From NCBI GenBank assembly GCA_965208575.1, contig CBDBOV010000006.1, forward strand, positions 640,001 to 704,000: a DNA stretch of 64,000 nt, in the 5' to 3' direction. Under the pieces are notes generated by a model. That model searched no databases. It saw only the letters and a program-made list of their open reading frames with translations, and was not told the origin of the DNA. The translations under genes were made by a program, and so were the position numbers. Below, piece after piece: positions 51,768 to 61,277 of the stretch. Source of the stretch: Spirochaetia bacterium. Its GTDB lineage: Bacteria > Spirochaetota > Spirochaetia > SZUA-6 > Bin103. Numbering within the stretch: position 1 is the stretch's first letter; each line of letters opens with the position of its first letter.

Positions 51768-51932
51768 TTAGAGCGAGGCAATGACCGCTGCGACAGCCGC
51801 GGCAGCGGCCACCACTGTGGCGACCAGCCACCGCAGGATGGCGTTCTTTGCTTTCTCGATGTCCTCACGAGTGGCGACGTGCTCCATGAGCGTTTCGAGC
51901 CTTGTCATACGATCACTCATGCTGTCACTCAT
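51768..51932 (-). CDS. 54-aa coiled-coil protein with a C-terminal TM (not in the ORF track)
   Basis: MSDSMSDRMTRLETLMEHVATREDIEKAKNAILRWLVATVVAAAAAVAAVIASL. Confidence 0.6.
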   Translation of the reverse strand: MSDSMSDRMTRLETLMEHVATREDIEKAKNAILRWLVATVVAAAAAVAAVIASL

Positions 51933-52102
51933 GAGAAGAGAAGTTTATGACCCCGAGAGGTTCAGATCAAGTCCGGATACCGGCGCGACGCGCTTGGCCG
52001 GGCGTGCTACAGGCCCGCCAACTCGTCGGCGCCGACCGCGAACTGCCCCGGCTGCTCCGGCTGAGCCGGTACGGTGGCCGCCATGCTATAATGATGAGCG
52101 CA

Positions 52103-52339
52103 ATGGCGGTTCGCATCTACTCTACCCCCACCTGCACGTTCTGCGATCAGCTCAAGGGATATCTGCGCCAGCGCCAGGTGAAGTTCGTCGACTACGACGT
52201 GTCGCGCGATGAGCGCAAGGCCGGCGAGATGCTGCACAAGTCGCGCCAGACCGCGGTGCCCGTGCTCGACTTCCACGGCACCATCGTGGTTGGCTTCGAC
52301 AAGCCCAAGGTCGACCGGCTCATCGCCCGCTACCGCTGA
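52103..52339 (+). CDS. Glutaredoxin/NrdH-like protein
   Basis: IYSTPTCTFC, AVPV, VGFD; TATAAT upstream. Confidence 0.9.
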   Translation: MAVRIYSTPTCTFCDQLKGYLRQRQVKFVDYDVSRDERKAGEMLHKSRQTAVPVLDFHGTIVVGFDKPKVDRLIARYR

Positions 52340-52352
52340 GCGGCCGTACCAC

Positions 52353-53468
52353 GTGGCGCAGTCTTCCCCGTTGATCGTCGACTGCCACCTGGATCTCGCC
52401 TGGAACGCCCTCGGCTACAAGCGCGACCTGACCCTGCCGCTGGCGGAACTGAACCGCGTCGAACAGGGGCTCGGCGATCACGCCGGGCGCGGCCTGGCCA
52501 CCACGACCCTGCCGGAGATGCGCGCCGGCGGCGTGGGTCTGTGCCTGGCCACGCTGATCGCGCGCACGCCGGTCGGGGAGACCGCGATCCACGGCAACCT
52601 GCTCGACTACCCCACCCCGGCCGCGGCGGCCGCGACCGCCTCCGGCCAGCTCGCGTGGTACCGCGCCCTGGCGGAAGCGGGCGAAGTGGCCGTGCTGGCC
52701 TCCGCGGGCGACGTGAGCGCTCACGCCGAGCGCTGGCGTGCCGGCTGCGAGCACCGGGTGGGCATCGTGCCGGCGATGGAGGGCAGCGATCCGATCATCT
52801 CTCCCGAGCACGTGCAGCGCTGGTACGCCGCCGGCCTGCGCGTGGCCAGCCTGGTGCACTACGGGCTGGGCCGTTACGCCGGCGGTACCGGCACCGACGG
52901 CGGGGTGACCCCCGCGGGACGGGCGCTGCTGGCCGCGTTCGAGCAGGCCGGGCTGATCCTGGACGTCACCCACCTGTCCGACCGCGCCTTCTACCAGGCC
53001 CTCGACCGCTACGCGGGCCCGCTGCTGGCCAGCCATCAGAACTGCCGCGCCCTGGTGCCCGGCGGGCGCCAGTTCACCGACGACCAGCTTCGCCTGGTGC
53101 TGGAGCGAGGCGGCATCGTGGCGGTGGCGAGCGATGCCTGGATGCTCCATCCCGGCTGGGTGCACGGCGAAACCAGCGCCGACCTAGTGCCGATGGCCGC
53201 GCTGGCCGACCACGTCGACCACATCTGTCAGCTCGCCGGCAACGCACGTCAGGCGGCGGTGGGCAGCGATCTCGACGGCGGTTTCGGCTGCGATCAGACC
53301 CCGCGCGAACTCACCTCCATCGCCGACCTCGGACGGCTGGCCCCCACCCTGGCCGAGCGCGGCTACACGGGCGAGCAGGTCGCCGGCGTGCTGGCCGACA
53401 ACGCCCTCCGCTTCCTCACCACCCACCTCCCGGCAGGGAACCCTGCGGCGGCCACGGCGTTGCCCTGA
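52353..53468 (+). CDS. Membrane dipeptidase (M19 family)
   Basis: VDCHLD, MEG.D, LDVTH, ASH.N.R, GSDLDG. Confidence 0.88.
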   Translation: MAQSSPLIVDCHLDLAWNALGYKRDLTLPLAELNRVEQGLGDHAGRGLATTTLPEMRAGGVGLCLATLIARTPVGETAIHGNLLDYPTPAAAAATASGQLAWYRALAEAGEVAVLASAGDVSAHAERWRAGCEHRVGIVPAMEGSDPIISPEHVQRWYAAGLRVASLVHYGLGRYAGGTGTDGGVTPAGRALLAAFEQAGLILDVTHLSDRAFYQALDRYAGPLLASHQNCRALVPGGRQFTDDQLRLVLERGGIVAVASDAWMLHPGWVHGETSADLVPMAALADHVDHICQLAGNARQAAVGSDLDGGFGCDQTPRELTSIADLGRLAPTLAERGYTGEQVAGVLADNALRFLTTHLPAGNPAAATALP

Positions 53469-53679
53469 CTCGCCTCGGACAGCCTCCCGGACGCGTGTCC
53501 TGTGCGCTGGCCGCGCACTCGCCGTGCGCCGACCAACGGCCGACGATGCGGTGTCTTGCATCGCGGCGCGTGGAGACACCGGCTGCCGCGGCGTCCTGCG
53601 GGCGCCGCGGGCGCGGCACCCGGAGCAATTCCGGTCCAGTTCCCGCCGCCGCCTGCAGGAGCGCCGGCAGGGCGCGCAA

Positions 53680-54909
53680 TCAATACGTTCCCGCGGCGGC
53701 GGCGGCGGTGCGCATGGCGGCGTGGGCTTCCTCGTCCCAGGCGGTCAGGCGGCGCAGGCGGACCGGTACCTCGGAGGGCCGCACCTGGCGTCCACGGCAA
53801 ATCACCAGCTCGGGTCGCAGGCGGCGCTCGCCGACCCGCTCCTGCAGGTGGGAGTCGCGGAACCGGAACTCGCCCTGCCGGACCGAGAACACCAGCACGT
53901 CGGCGCTAGCGCCGGGCAGCAGGGTACCCAGCTCGGGCGCCCGGCCGATGGCGCGCGCCGGGGCCAGGGTCGCCTTCTCCACCACCTCCGCCAAGCTCAT
54001 GCCCAGCAGCAGGAACTTGGACATGGTGGTGGGCAGGTCGAACACCACCTGCTCCACGTTGTAGCGGTGCAGGTCGGTGCTGATGGTGTCCGGGTAGAAG
54101 GTGTGCTCGAACGCCTTCAGCGCGGTGTCCCAACGGAAGCTGCCGGAGCCGTGGCCCACGTCGAACAGCACGCCGCGCGCGCGCGCCGCCCGCGCCTCGG
54201 GCCGCAACGCGCCGCTCGCCGCGTCCAGGATGCCGTCGCCGCGGCCGGTAAAGCAATGGGTGACGATGTCCCCGGGCCGCAGGCGGGACAGCACCTCGCC
54301 GGTAGCGCCTTGCACGCTGATGTGCACCATCGCCCGCGTGCCGGCCGCCTCGGCGGCCTGCAGCGCCAACTCCACCGCCTCCACGTTGTGGCCCAGTGCC
54401 ATGGTGCCGGCGCGGAACTTCACGCCCAGGGCAATGTCGCGGTGTTCCAGGATCGCCGCCGCGGTCTCGCGCGGACGTGCGTAGCGCAGATCGCGCAACT
54501 CGCCGAGCGTCGAGGTGGGGATGCCCAGGCAGCCGATGTGGATGAACGGCAGGATGCGCACCGCGCCGCCGTCGATTGCGGTGCGGCGAAACTCGGCAAA
54601 GTTCACGCAGCCGCAGGTGCCGGCGTCGACCGCCGTGGTCACGCCGCCGCGCAGCGCCGCGCGCGGATCGATGCCGAACAGGCTGCCCTCGTAGTAGTGG
54701 CCGTGCAGGTCCACCAGGCCGGGACACACGTACCGGCCGCTGCAATCCACCACCGCGGGCGGGACGTCCCCCGCGGCCACGCCGCCGGGTGCCACGGACG
54801 CGATGCGGTCGCCGGCCACCACCACGTCTGCGATGCCGTCGATCCGCCCCGCCGGATCGATGACGTGCCCGCCGCGCAGCAGCAGGGTCGGCTCGCGGTG
54901 TGTTTCCAT
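53680..54909 (-). CDS. Amidohydrolase (dihydroorotase-like/deacetylase family)
   Basis: PGLVDLHGH, GVTT.VDAG, GVK, VH, TH, DVGHG.GSF, ISTD. Confidence 0.88.
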   Translation of the reverse strand: METHREPTLLLRGGHVIDPAGRIDGIADVVVAGDRIASVAPGGVAAGDVPPAVVDCSGRYVCPGLVDLHGHYYEGSLFGIDPRAALRGGVTTAVDAGTCGCVNFAEFRRTAIDGGAVRILPFIHIGCLGIPTSTLGELRDLRYARPRETAAAILEHRDIALGVKFRAGTMALGHNVEAVELALQAAEAAGTRAMVHISVQGATGEVLSRLRPGDIVTHCFTGRGDGILDAASGALRPEARAARARGVLFDVGHGSGSFRWDTALKAFEHTFYPDTISTDLHRYNVEQVVFDLPTTMSKFLLLGMSLAEVVEKATLAPARAIGRAPELGTLLPGASADVLVFSVRQGEFRFRDSHLQERVGERRLRPELVICRGRQVRPSEVPVRLRRLTAWDEEAHAAMRTAAAAAGTY

Positions 54910-55009
54910 ATCCCCGAGGGTGCCAAAGCGACGCTCGCGCCGCAAGGCGGGGATCCTTTGCTCGACCGCGTCCGTTGCCGCCCGCGCGAACGGAGCCGCG
55001 ATCAGGTCC

Positions 55010-56035
55010 TCAGCGGGACTCGCCGCCGCGCAGGTAGCGGCTGGCGCGGTATTCGTCGACCCACTGGCGCGTGCTGCGCCAGTGACCGTCTGACCCGCGC
55101 GTAGCGCGGAGCCGGCCGCGCTTCGCCGCCGCCCGCAGCGCCGCTCCCTTGAGATCGGGAGTCTCCAGTGCGGCCAGGGGGACGAGTCGGGCCGGGCCGG
55201 CTACGGCAGGTATGACGAACCGATGCAGGCTGGCCAGAATCGATCGCGCCAGCATCTCCCCGAGCGGTCCCGGGTCCCCCTCGTCCGCACGGTGCAGAGC
55301 ACGGAGATAGCGCGCCCGGTCGCGCTTGTAGATGACGGCGGGCGGGCAGCCGAGCCGGACGAGGATGAGATTGAGTACGAGTCGCCCGGTTCGGCCGTTG
55401 CCGTCCAGGAAAGGATGGATCTGCTCGAATCGGCAGTGGGTCCGGGCCAGCGCCTCGGGAAACGCCGTCCGGGTCGCATTGAGGGAGTTGACCGTGTCCA
55501 GCCAGGTATTCATCTCCGCGGAAATGAGCGGCCATGTGACGGGAATCATGCCACGTGAGAAGGGATGGATGTCATGTTCTCGGAAGCTGCCGGGACTCTC
55601 CCGTTGCGTTGCATCCGGATGCGGCGCCACCTGCCAAACCGGCTGCATGGCCTGATGGTGCACGTTACGGACTTCGGCCAGCGTCAGGATTTCCTCGGCG
55701 TGGGAGAGCCCGTCCCGGCTGATCGCCTGCCGGTACACCCAGTCCGCGGCATCGGCGTAGCCGCGCACCTCCAGGTACTCGCGCAGCTCCTTGTTGCCGA
55801 CTGCCCGGCCCTCGTCGAGAAGACGCTCGACCTGTTTCAGAACCAGGGTGTTGCCTTCGATCGCCGTCGAGTGGTGGACTTCCTCGTACCATATGCCACG
55901 CCAGATACCGTCGGCCTCGGCCGGGCTCGGCAGTCCCCCCATGCGTTCCCGCAGTTCCCGTATCTGGGTGTCGACCCGCCGGTACACGTCCGCACGCCGC
56001 GGTCGGCCGCGTCCGGGGGAAATGTGTTCGCTCAC
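55010..56035 (-). CDS. Fic-domain protein with an N-terminal inhibitory motif and a C-terminal HTH-like domain
   Basis: HPFLDGNGRTGR catalytic loop; STAIEGN inhibitory motif. Confidence 0.92.
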   Translation of the reverse strand: MSEHISPGRGRPRRADVYRRVDTQIRELRERMGGLPSPAEADGIWRGIWYEEVHHSTAIEGNTLVLKQVERLLDEGRAVGNKELREYLEVRGYADAADWVYRQAISRDGLSHAEEILTLAEVRNVHHQAMQPVWQVAPHPDATQRESPGSFREHDIHPFSRGMIPVTWPLISAEMNTWLDTVNSLNATRTAFPEALARTHCRFEQIHPFLDGNGRTGRLVLNLILVRLGCPPAVIYKRDRARYLRALHRADEGDPGPLGEMLARSILASLHRFVIPAVAGPARLVPLAALETPDLKGAALRAAAKRGRLRATRGSDGHWRSTRQWVDEYRASRYLRGGESR

Positions 56036-56085
56036 TGAAAACTAAAGTTACCGAACATTTTTTGTCCAGTCTACAGCCAATTAAT

Positions 56086-58062
56086 CCGAAGTTCCAGAGC
56101 GGGAATCTTGTTAATTCGTTATTGATCTGAAAATTGCGCTCAACAGCCGATGTCCGTTACTGGCTACACTTGGGCGCTGACCTCCAGGAGATCGAAACAG
56201 CGCTGCTGCAGCGCGGTCGGTTCGCTGTGCATGGTGAACGTGGCGCCGCTATCCACTATCCGCACGCGGTTGGCCGTCAGCGTCCCCAACTCGCTCATCA
56301 GGCTGCGAAAGCTGTGCACCGGCAGACCGTCGTCGGTACGCTTGCTCGCCGCCTTCCGGTGTGCGGCCGGTGAGCGTTCCGCCGGTTGCACCACCGACTC
56401 GCGCAGCGCCTCGCCGGCGGCGCGGTCGTGGTCGTCGAACAGCACCGGCGCCAGCTTGCTGCGCATGTGCCACTCCACGTAGTAGGCCAGCATGCACAGG
56501 AACACGTGCGCCCGCACCCGGTCAGCACTGCGGTGATAGATCGGTCGCACCTTCAGATCCACCGTTTTCATGCTGCGGAAGGCGCGCTCCACCTTGGCCA
56601 GATCCTTGTACGCCGTCACCGTCTGCTCGGCGTCGAACAGCTCCGGCTCCACGTTGGAGCGCACGATGTAGAGCCCGTCCAGTTCTTCCTCGGCCGCGAT
56701 CTTGTCCAGGTCACGCACGAACGAGAACGAGTCGTCGGTGATGGTGGTGGTGAAATGCTTGCCCACCTTGTAGTGGTTGATCACCTTGCCCACCCGCAGG
56801 CCGATCGCGGCGGCGCCGCGCAGCGGCTTTTTGGCGCGCTGCGTGGCCGTCACGATCGGCGTCAGTTCCTCCTCCGTGGAGGCCAGCAACTTCTGCCTCT
56901 TGCGCTGCCGTTGCTCGGCCAGGATCGGGTTGCGGCACACGATCAGCCGCTCGCCGGGGAACTCGGGTGAGCTGATCTCCGCCAGGTCACGCTCGTCGAA
57001 CATGGTCTGCGCCACTTCGCCGGCCTCGATCAGCTTGCGGATGGTGGGCGCCCGCAGGGTCGTGATCCAGCGCAGGCCGTCGATCCCCTGCAGGTCCTCG
57101 CGGATGCGCGCGCCGGTGAGCATGCCGCGGTCGCCGACCAGCACGACGCGCTGCAAGCCGAAACGGTTGCGAATCTTGTCGACCTGAGCGGCGACCGTCT
57201 TGGGGTCACTGGTGGAGCCCTCGAATACCTCGACGGCGATGGGACAGCCGTCTGCGGTACACAGCAGGCCGAACACGATCTGCAAGGTGCCGCGTTTGCC
57301 GTCGCGGCTGTGACCACGGCGCGCCAACGGGCAGGTGTGGCCATGGAAGTAACTGGAAGTCAGGTCGTACAACATGAGCGTGTTGTCATGCAGATGGCGC
57401 TTGGCCAAGCGCTGCTCGATGCCGTGCTGGCGAGCGAGCAGCCAATCCATGGCGGCATACAGCTCATTCTCGTCGACGGCTCCCAACTGCAGCAGGTGGC
57501 CGAGGGAGGAGACGGCGCTTTCGGGGTTCAGGCCGCGAGCGGTGGCGAGTTTGGAGCGAGCGTCGACGACGCGAGCGACGATCATGGCGACGACCAGGTC
57601 GCGTTCACGGGAGGCGGGACGAGCGACGAGGGAATGGAGGGAGAGCTTGCGGAGGGAACCGAGGACGGCGGCGACGTGGCCGTGGGGATAGCTGCGCAAG
57701 ATGGAGAGCAGTTCGTTGGGAGAGCGCAGAGCGATACCGCCGTTGAGGAGGACGCGCAAACCCTCGACGAGGTGATCGGGCCACTTGGAGAGGTTGGCGA
57801 TGGTGCGTTTTTTGACCTTGCCGTGCTGGCGGAAGGACTCGCGGAGGAGGACGGCCGGGGGAGAGTTGCGGTTGGGGACGGTGTCGATGTACATGGGCAC
57901 CCTACGGAGGGAATGGTAGATCATTTAATAATTACATGTCAACCAGATGAGAGAAAATTAACGCTGAACCACAGGACTATTTACATGGACACGATTTACA
58001 CCCATGAACACGCTAATTCCTGTAATAGGAAACAGTTACAAGAACGGCCTCTCAAACCTCGG
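56086..58062 (-). mobile_element. IS1634-family element, copy 2 (1977 bp)
   Basis: Near-identical to copy 1, opposite orientation; ATTAAT target duplication at 56080-56085 and 58063-58068. Confidence 0.93.
56164..57894 (-). CDS. IS1634 transposase
   Basis: Same protein sequence as 36140-37870. Confidence 0.95.
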   Translation of the reverse strand: MYIDTVPNRNSPPAVLLRESFRQHGKVKKRTIANLSKWPDHLVEGLRVLLNGGIALRSPNELLSILRSYPHGHVAAVLGSLRKLSLHSLVARPASRERDLVVAMIVARVVDARSKLATARGLNPESAVSSLGHLLQLGAVDENELYAAMDWLLARQHGIEQRLAKRHLHDNTLMLYDLTSSYFHGHTCPLARRGHSRDGKRGTLQIVFGLLCTADGCPIAVEVFEGSTSDPKTVAAQVDKIRNRFGLQRVVLVGDRGMLTGARIREDLQGIDGLRWITTLRAPTIRKLIEAGEVAQTMFDERDLAEISSPEFPGERLIVCRNPILAEQRQRKRQKLLASTEEELTPIVTATQRAKKPLRGAAAIGLRVGKVINHYKVGKHFTTTITDDSFSFVRDLDKIAAEEELDGLYIVRSNVEPELFDAEQTVTAYKDLAKVERAFRSMKTVDLKVRPIYHRSADRVRAHVFLCMLAYYVEWHMRSKLAPVLFDDHDRAAGEALRESVVQPAERSPAAHRKAASKRTDDGLPVHSFRSLMSELGTLTANRVRIVDSGATFTMHSEPTALQQRCFDLLEVSAQV

Positions 58063-58144
58063 ATTAATGTTACCGAACACTTTCGTCAGCAATCGGCAGT
58101 CAAGGTTCTTTTTGGCACCGGATGTAGCTAACTTAAGCAGCGAC

Positions 58145-59854
58145 GTGAGCAACGCCAGCCCCTCCCCGGACCCGGACCCCGCCGCAGAGGCGTCCGACTT
58201 CATTCGCAAGGCGATCCGCGAAGACCTGGCCGCCGGCCGTTTCGACCGCGTGCAGACGCGCTGGCCACCGGAGCCGAACGGCTACATCGGCATCGGTCAC
58301 GCCAAGGCGATCACCCTCAACTTCGACGTCGCGCGCGAGTTCGGCGGTTTCTGCAGCCTGCGCTTCGACGACACCAACCCGGAGCGCGAGAAGCTGGAGT
58401 ACGTGGAGTCGATCAAGGAGGACATCCGCTGGCTCGGCTTCGACTGGGGCGGGCACGAGTACTACGCCTCCGACTACTACGAACGCCTCTACGAGCTGGC
58501 CGAGCAACTGGTCGAGCAGGGCGACGCCTACGTGGACAGCCTGACGGCACAGCAGATCAGCGAATACCGCGGCGTGCCCACCCGTCCGGGACGGGAGAGC
58601 CCGGATCGCACCCGCCCGCCCGCCGACAGCCTCGACCTGCTGCGCCGCATGCGTGCCGGCGAGTTCGCCGACGGCGCCTGCGTGCTGCGCGCCCGCATCG
58701 ACATGGCGTCGCCCAACCTGAACCTGCGCGACCCGGTGATGTACCGCATCCGGCGCGCCCGCCACTACCGCACCGGCGACGCCTGGTGCATCTACCCGAT
58801 GTACGACTGGGCGCACGGCCAGAGCGACTCGATCGAGGGCGTTACCCACTCGCTGTGTTCGCTGGAGTTCGAGAACAACCGCCCGCTGTACGACTGGTAC
58901 CTGGACAAGCTCGGCATCTTCCACTCCCGGCAGATCGAGTTCAACCACCTCAACGTCGGATTCGCCGTCCTGCACAAGCGCATCCTGCGCCGCCTGGTGG
59001 CGGACGGCACCGTGCGCGGCTGGGACGACCCGCGCCTGCTCACGCTGCGCGGCCTGCGCCGGCGCGGCTACACCCCCAGCGCCATCCGCGCCTTCGTGCG
59101 CAGCGTCGGCCTGACCAAGACCACGGTGCTGATCAGCTACGCGCAACTGGAGTACTACCTGCGCCAGGAACTGAACCGCACCGCGACCCGGGTAATGGCG
59201 GTGCTCGACCCGCTGCGGGTGGTCATCACCAACTATCCCGAGGGACAGACCGAGCAGGTGGAGGTGGAGAACAACCCCGAAGACCCGGACGCCGGCACGC
59301 GCAAGCTGCCGTTCAGCCGCGAGCTGTACGTCGAGCGCGGCGACTTCCTGGAGCAGGCGCCGCGCAAGTTCTTCCGCCTGTCGCCGGGCCGCGAGGTGCG
59401 CCTGAAGGGCGCCTACTACATCACCTGCGACGAGGCGGTGAAGGATGGCGACGGACGCGTGACGGAGCTGCGCTGCAGCTACGACCCCGCCTCGCGCGGC
59501 GGCGGCACCGCGGATGGCCGGCGGGTGCGCGGCACGCTGCACTGGGTATCCGCCGAGCACGCCCGCAACGCCGAGGTGCGCCTCTACGATCACCTGTTCA
59601 CCACCGAGAACATGAACGAGGTGGAGCACGACGACCTGGCCGCCCACCTGAACCCCCGCTCCGAGGTGGTCCTGACCGGCTGCAAGGTGGAACCGGGCCT
59701 CGCCGCGGCGCACCCGGAGCAGATCTTCCAGTTCCTGCGCCACGGCTACTTCGTGGTGGACAACCGCGATTCCCGTCCCGGTGCGCCGGTGTTCAACCGC
59801 TCGGTGGGCCTGCGCGACACCTGGGCGAAGGTGCAGCGCGCCGGTCGGCGCTGA
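58145..59854 (+). CDS. glnS: Glutamine--tRNA ligase-like protein
   Basis: PPEPNGY, LRFDDTNP, RDPVMYR, YPMYDW, GWDDPR, EVRL..AY, QFLRHGYF; HIGH and KMSKS equivalents are atypical. Confidence 0.85.
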   Translation: MSNASPSPDPDPAAEASDFIRKAIREDLAAGRFDRVQTRWPPEPNGYIGIGHAKAITLNFDVAREFGGFCSLRFDDTNPEREKLEYVESIKEDIRWLGFDWGGHEYYASDYYERLYELAEQLVEQGDAYVDSLTAQQISEYRGVPTRPGRESPDRTRPPADSLDLLRRMRAGEFADGACVLRARIDMASPNLNLRDPVMYRIRRARHYRTGDAWCIYPMYDWAHGQSDSIEGVTHSLCSLEFENNRPLYDWYLDKLGIFHSRQIEFNHLNVGFAVLHKRILRRLVADGTVRGWDDPRLLTLRGLRRRGYTPSAIRAFVRSVGLTKTTVLISYAQLEYYLRQELNRTATRVMAVLDPLRVVITNYPEGQTEQVEVENNPEDPDAGTRKLPFSRELYVERGDFLEQAPRKFFRLSPGREVRLKGAYYITCDEAVKDGDGRVTELRCSYDPASRGGGTADGRRVRGTLHWVSAEHARNAEVRLYDHLFTTENMNEVEHDDLAAHLNPRSEVVLTGCKVEPGLAAAHPEQIFQFLRHGYFVVDNRDSRPGAPVFNRSVGLRDTWAKVQRAGRR

Positions 59855-59864
59855 GAGGATCCGC

Positions 59865-60407
59865 CTACCTGGCCAGCATCTCCCGCCAATCGGTCAGCGC
59901 CGCGGCGGTGCTCGGGAACGCCAGCTTCTGCCAGGGAATGTTCTCCGGGTCGAACCAGCGCAGCTCCAGCGCTTCCGGACCGGCGCGCGGCGTGCCGGCG
60001 GCTATCCGCACGCGGTACACGACCAGCACCACCGCGACGCCGCGCGCCGAGTACACGCCGTGCAAGCCGTCCACCGCCACCGTGACGCCCGCCTCTTCGC
60101 GCGCCTCGCGGGCCGCGGCCTCCGGCACCGGCTCGCCGCGGTCCACGTAGCCGCCGGGGAACGTCCACAGGCCGCGCGCCGGCGAGATGGCGCGCCGCAG
60201 CAGCAGGATGCGGCCGGCGTCCTCGATGATCGTGCCGGCCGCCACCTTGGGGTCGGCGTACACCACCTGCCCGCACCGCGGGCACACCGGCAGCAGCTTG
60301 CCTTCCACCCTGCGACGCTCCAGCGGCGCGGCACAGCCGCTGCAGAACCGGAACCGCGGCGGCCCATGGTGGTGGACGGGGACATGGACGGGAGGTAGAT
60401 CGCTCAT
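59865..60407 (-). CDS. NUDIX hydrolase with an N-terminal zinc ribbon
   Basis: FCSGC..CPRC; PGG.VD.GE....AA.RE..EEAG. Confidence 0.9.
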   Translation of the reverse strand: MSDLPPVHVPVHHHGPPRFRFCSGCAAPLERRRVEGKLLPVCPRCGQVVYADPKVAAGTIIEDAGRILLLRRAISPARGLWTFPGGYVDRGEPVPEAAAREAREEAGVTVAVDGLHGVYSARGVAVVLVVYRVRIAAGTPRAGPEALELRWFDPENIPWQKLAFPSTAAALTDWREMLAR

Positions 60408-60632
60408 GGAGTCACTTCGACTCCCGGTAGCGTACGCGAGCGGCACCGGGGACGCTACCGCCGCCCGCACGTGCCACAGTCGGAGCCGCCGCCCGATTCG
60501 CGGTGGGGGAAAATGACCCAGCGAGAGCCCCGATTCGCCAACCTGGGACGTTTCGACCCAGCGCACCGCCCGGAACAAGCGAAACGGCACCGGGAAACGG
60601 CCCAGAACGGACAGAATTCCGCCTCACAGAAG

Positions 60633-60650
60633 TTGGCACGGTTGCTGCAT
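60633..60650 (+). promoter_or_regulatory. Sigma54-type -24/-12 promoter
   Basis: TTGGCACGGTTGCTGCAT, one mismatch to TGGCACG-N4-TTGC. Confidence 0.65.
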
Positions 60651-60687
60651 ACAGGCAGGTGAAGACCAAACTCATAGGAGGAACGAC

Positions 60688-61140
60688 ATGAGAAGCCTGG
60701 TTACCTATCGACCGTATCGCCCGACCGTGGCGAATTTCGACCGCTGGTTCGACAGCGTGTTTCAGAACTGGGGACTGCCCGCGGGCACGGGACTGACCGG
60801 CCACGCGGTGACCGCGCCGCGGGTGGACGTGCAGACCAAGGCGGACGCCTACCACCTGGAGGCGGAGCTGCCCGGCCTGACGGAGAAGGACTTCACCGTC
60901 AACGTCGAGCACAACCTGCTGACCATCGCGTCGCGGCAGGAGACGAACGAGGAGCGCGAACAGGGCGGATACGTGATCCGCGAGCGGCGCTCCGGCGCGT
61001 TCCGGCGCTCGTTCACGCTGCCGGAGGATGTCGACGCCGACGCGATCAGCGCCACCTTCAAGGATGGCCTGCTGACCCTGACGGTGCCCAAGACCGCCAA
61101 GGCGCAGGCGCGGCAGATCGCCGTGAAGAGCGCCGCCTAG
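60688..61140 (+). CDS. Hsp20/alpha-crystallin small heat-shock protein
   Basis: PRVDV, ELPG, ERR.G.F.RSF.LP, A.FKDGLL.LTVPK; AGGAGG RBS. Confidence 0.95.
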   Translation: MRSLVTYRPYRPTVANFDRWFDSVFQNWGLPAGTGLTGHAVTAPRVDVQTKADAYHLEAELPGLTEKDFTVNVEHNLLTIASRQETNEEREQGGYVIRERRSGAFRRSFTLPEDVDADAISATFKDGLLTLTVPKTAKAQARQIAVKSAA

Positions 61141-61177
61141 CGGGCAGCGCGACTTCGCATCCCCGTATCCGATACCC

Positions 61178-61212
61178 GGAGCCCCGGCACCCTCCCGCCG
61201 GGGCTCCTTTTC
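61178..61212 (+). terminator. Intrinsic terminator after hsp20
   Basis: GGAGCCCCGGC..GCCGGGGCTCC stem followed by TTTT. Confidence 0.8.
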
Positions 61213-61277
61213 GTTCGTGCCATGCACTTCCCACGCGGCGCCCGGAACGGGCATCGTGGTCGGCACGGAAAACGGAC

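Noticed and set aside
35972-58062. Composite transposon or inversion bounded by the two IS1634 copies
   Set aside because: Each copy has its own matching target duplication and the ATPase halves remain collinear, indicating independent insertions
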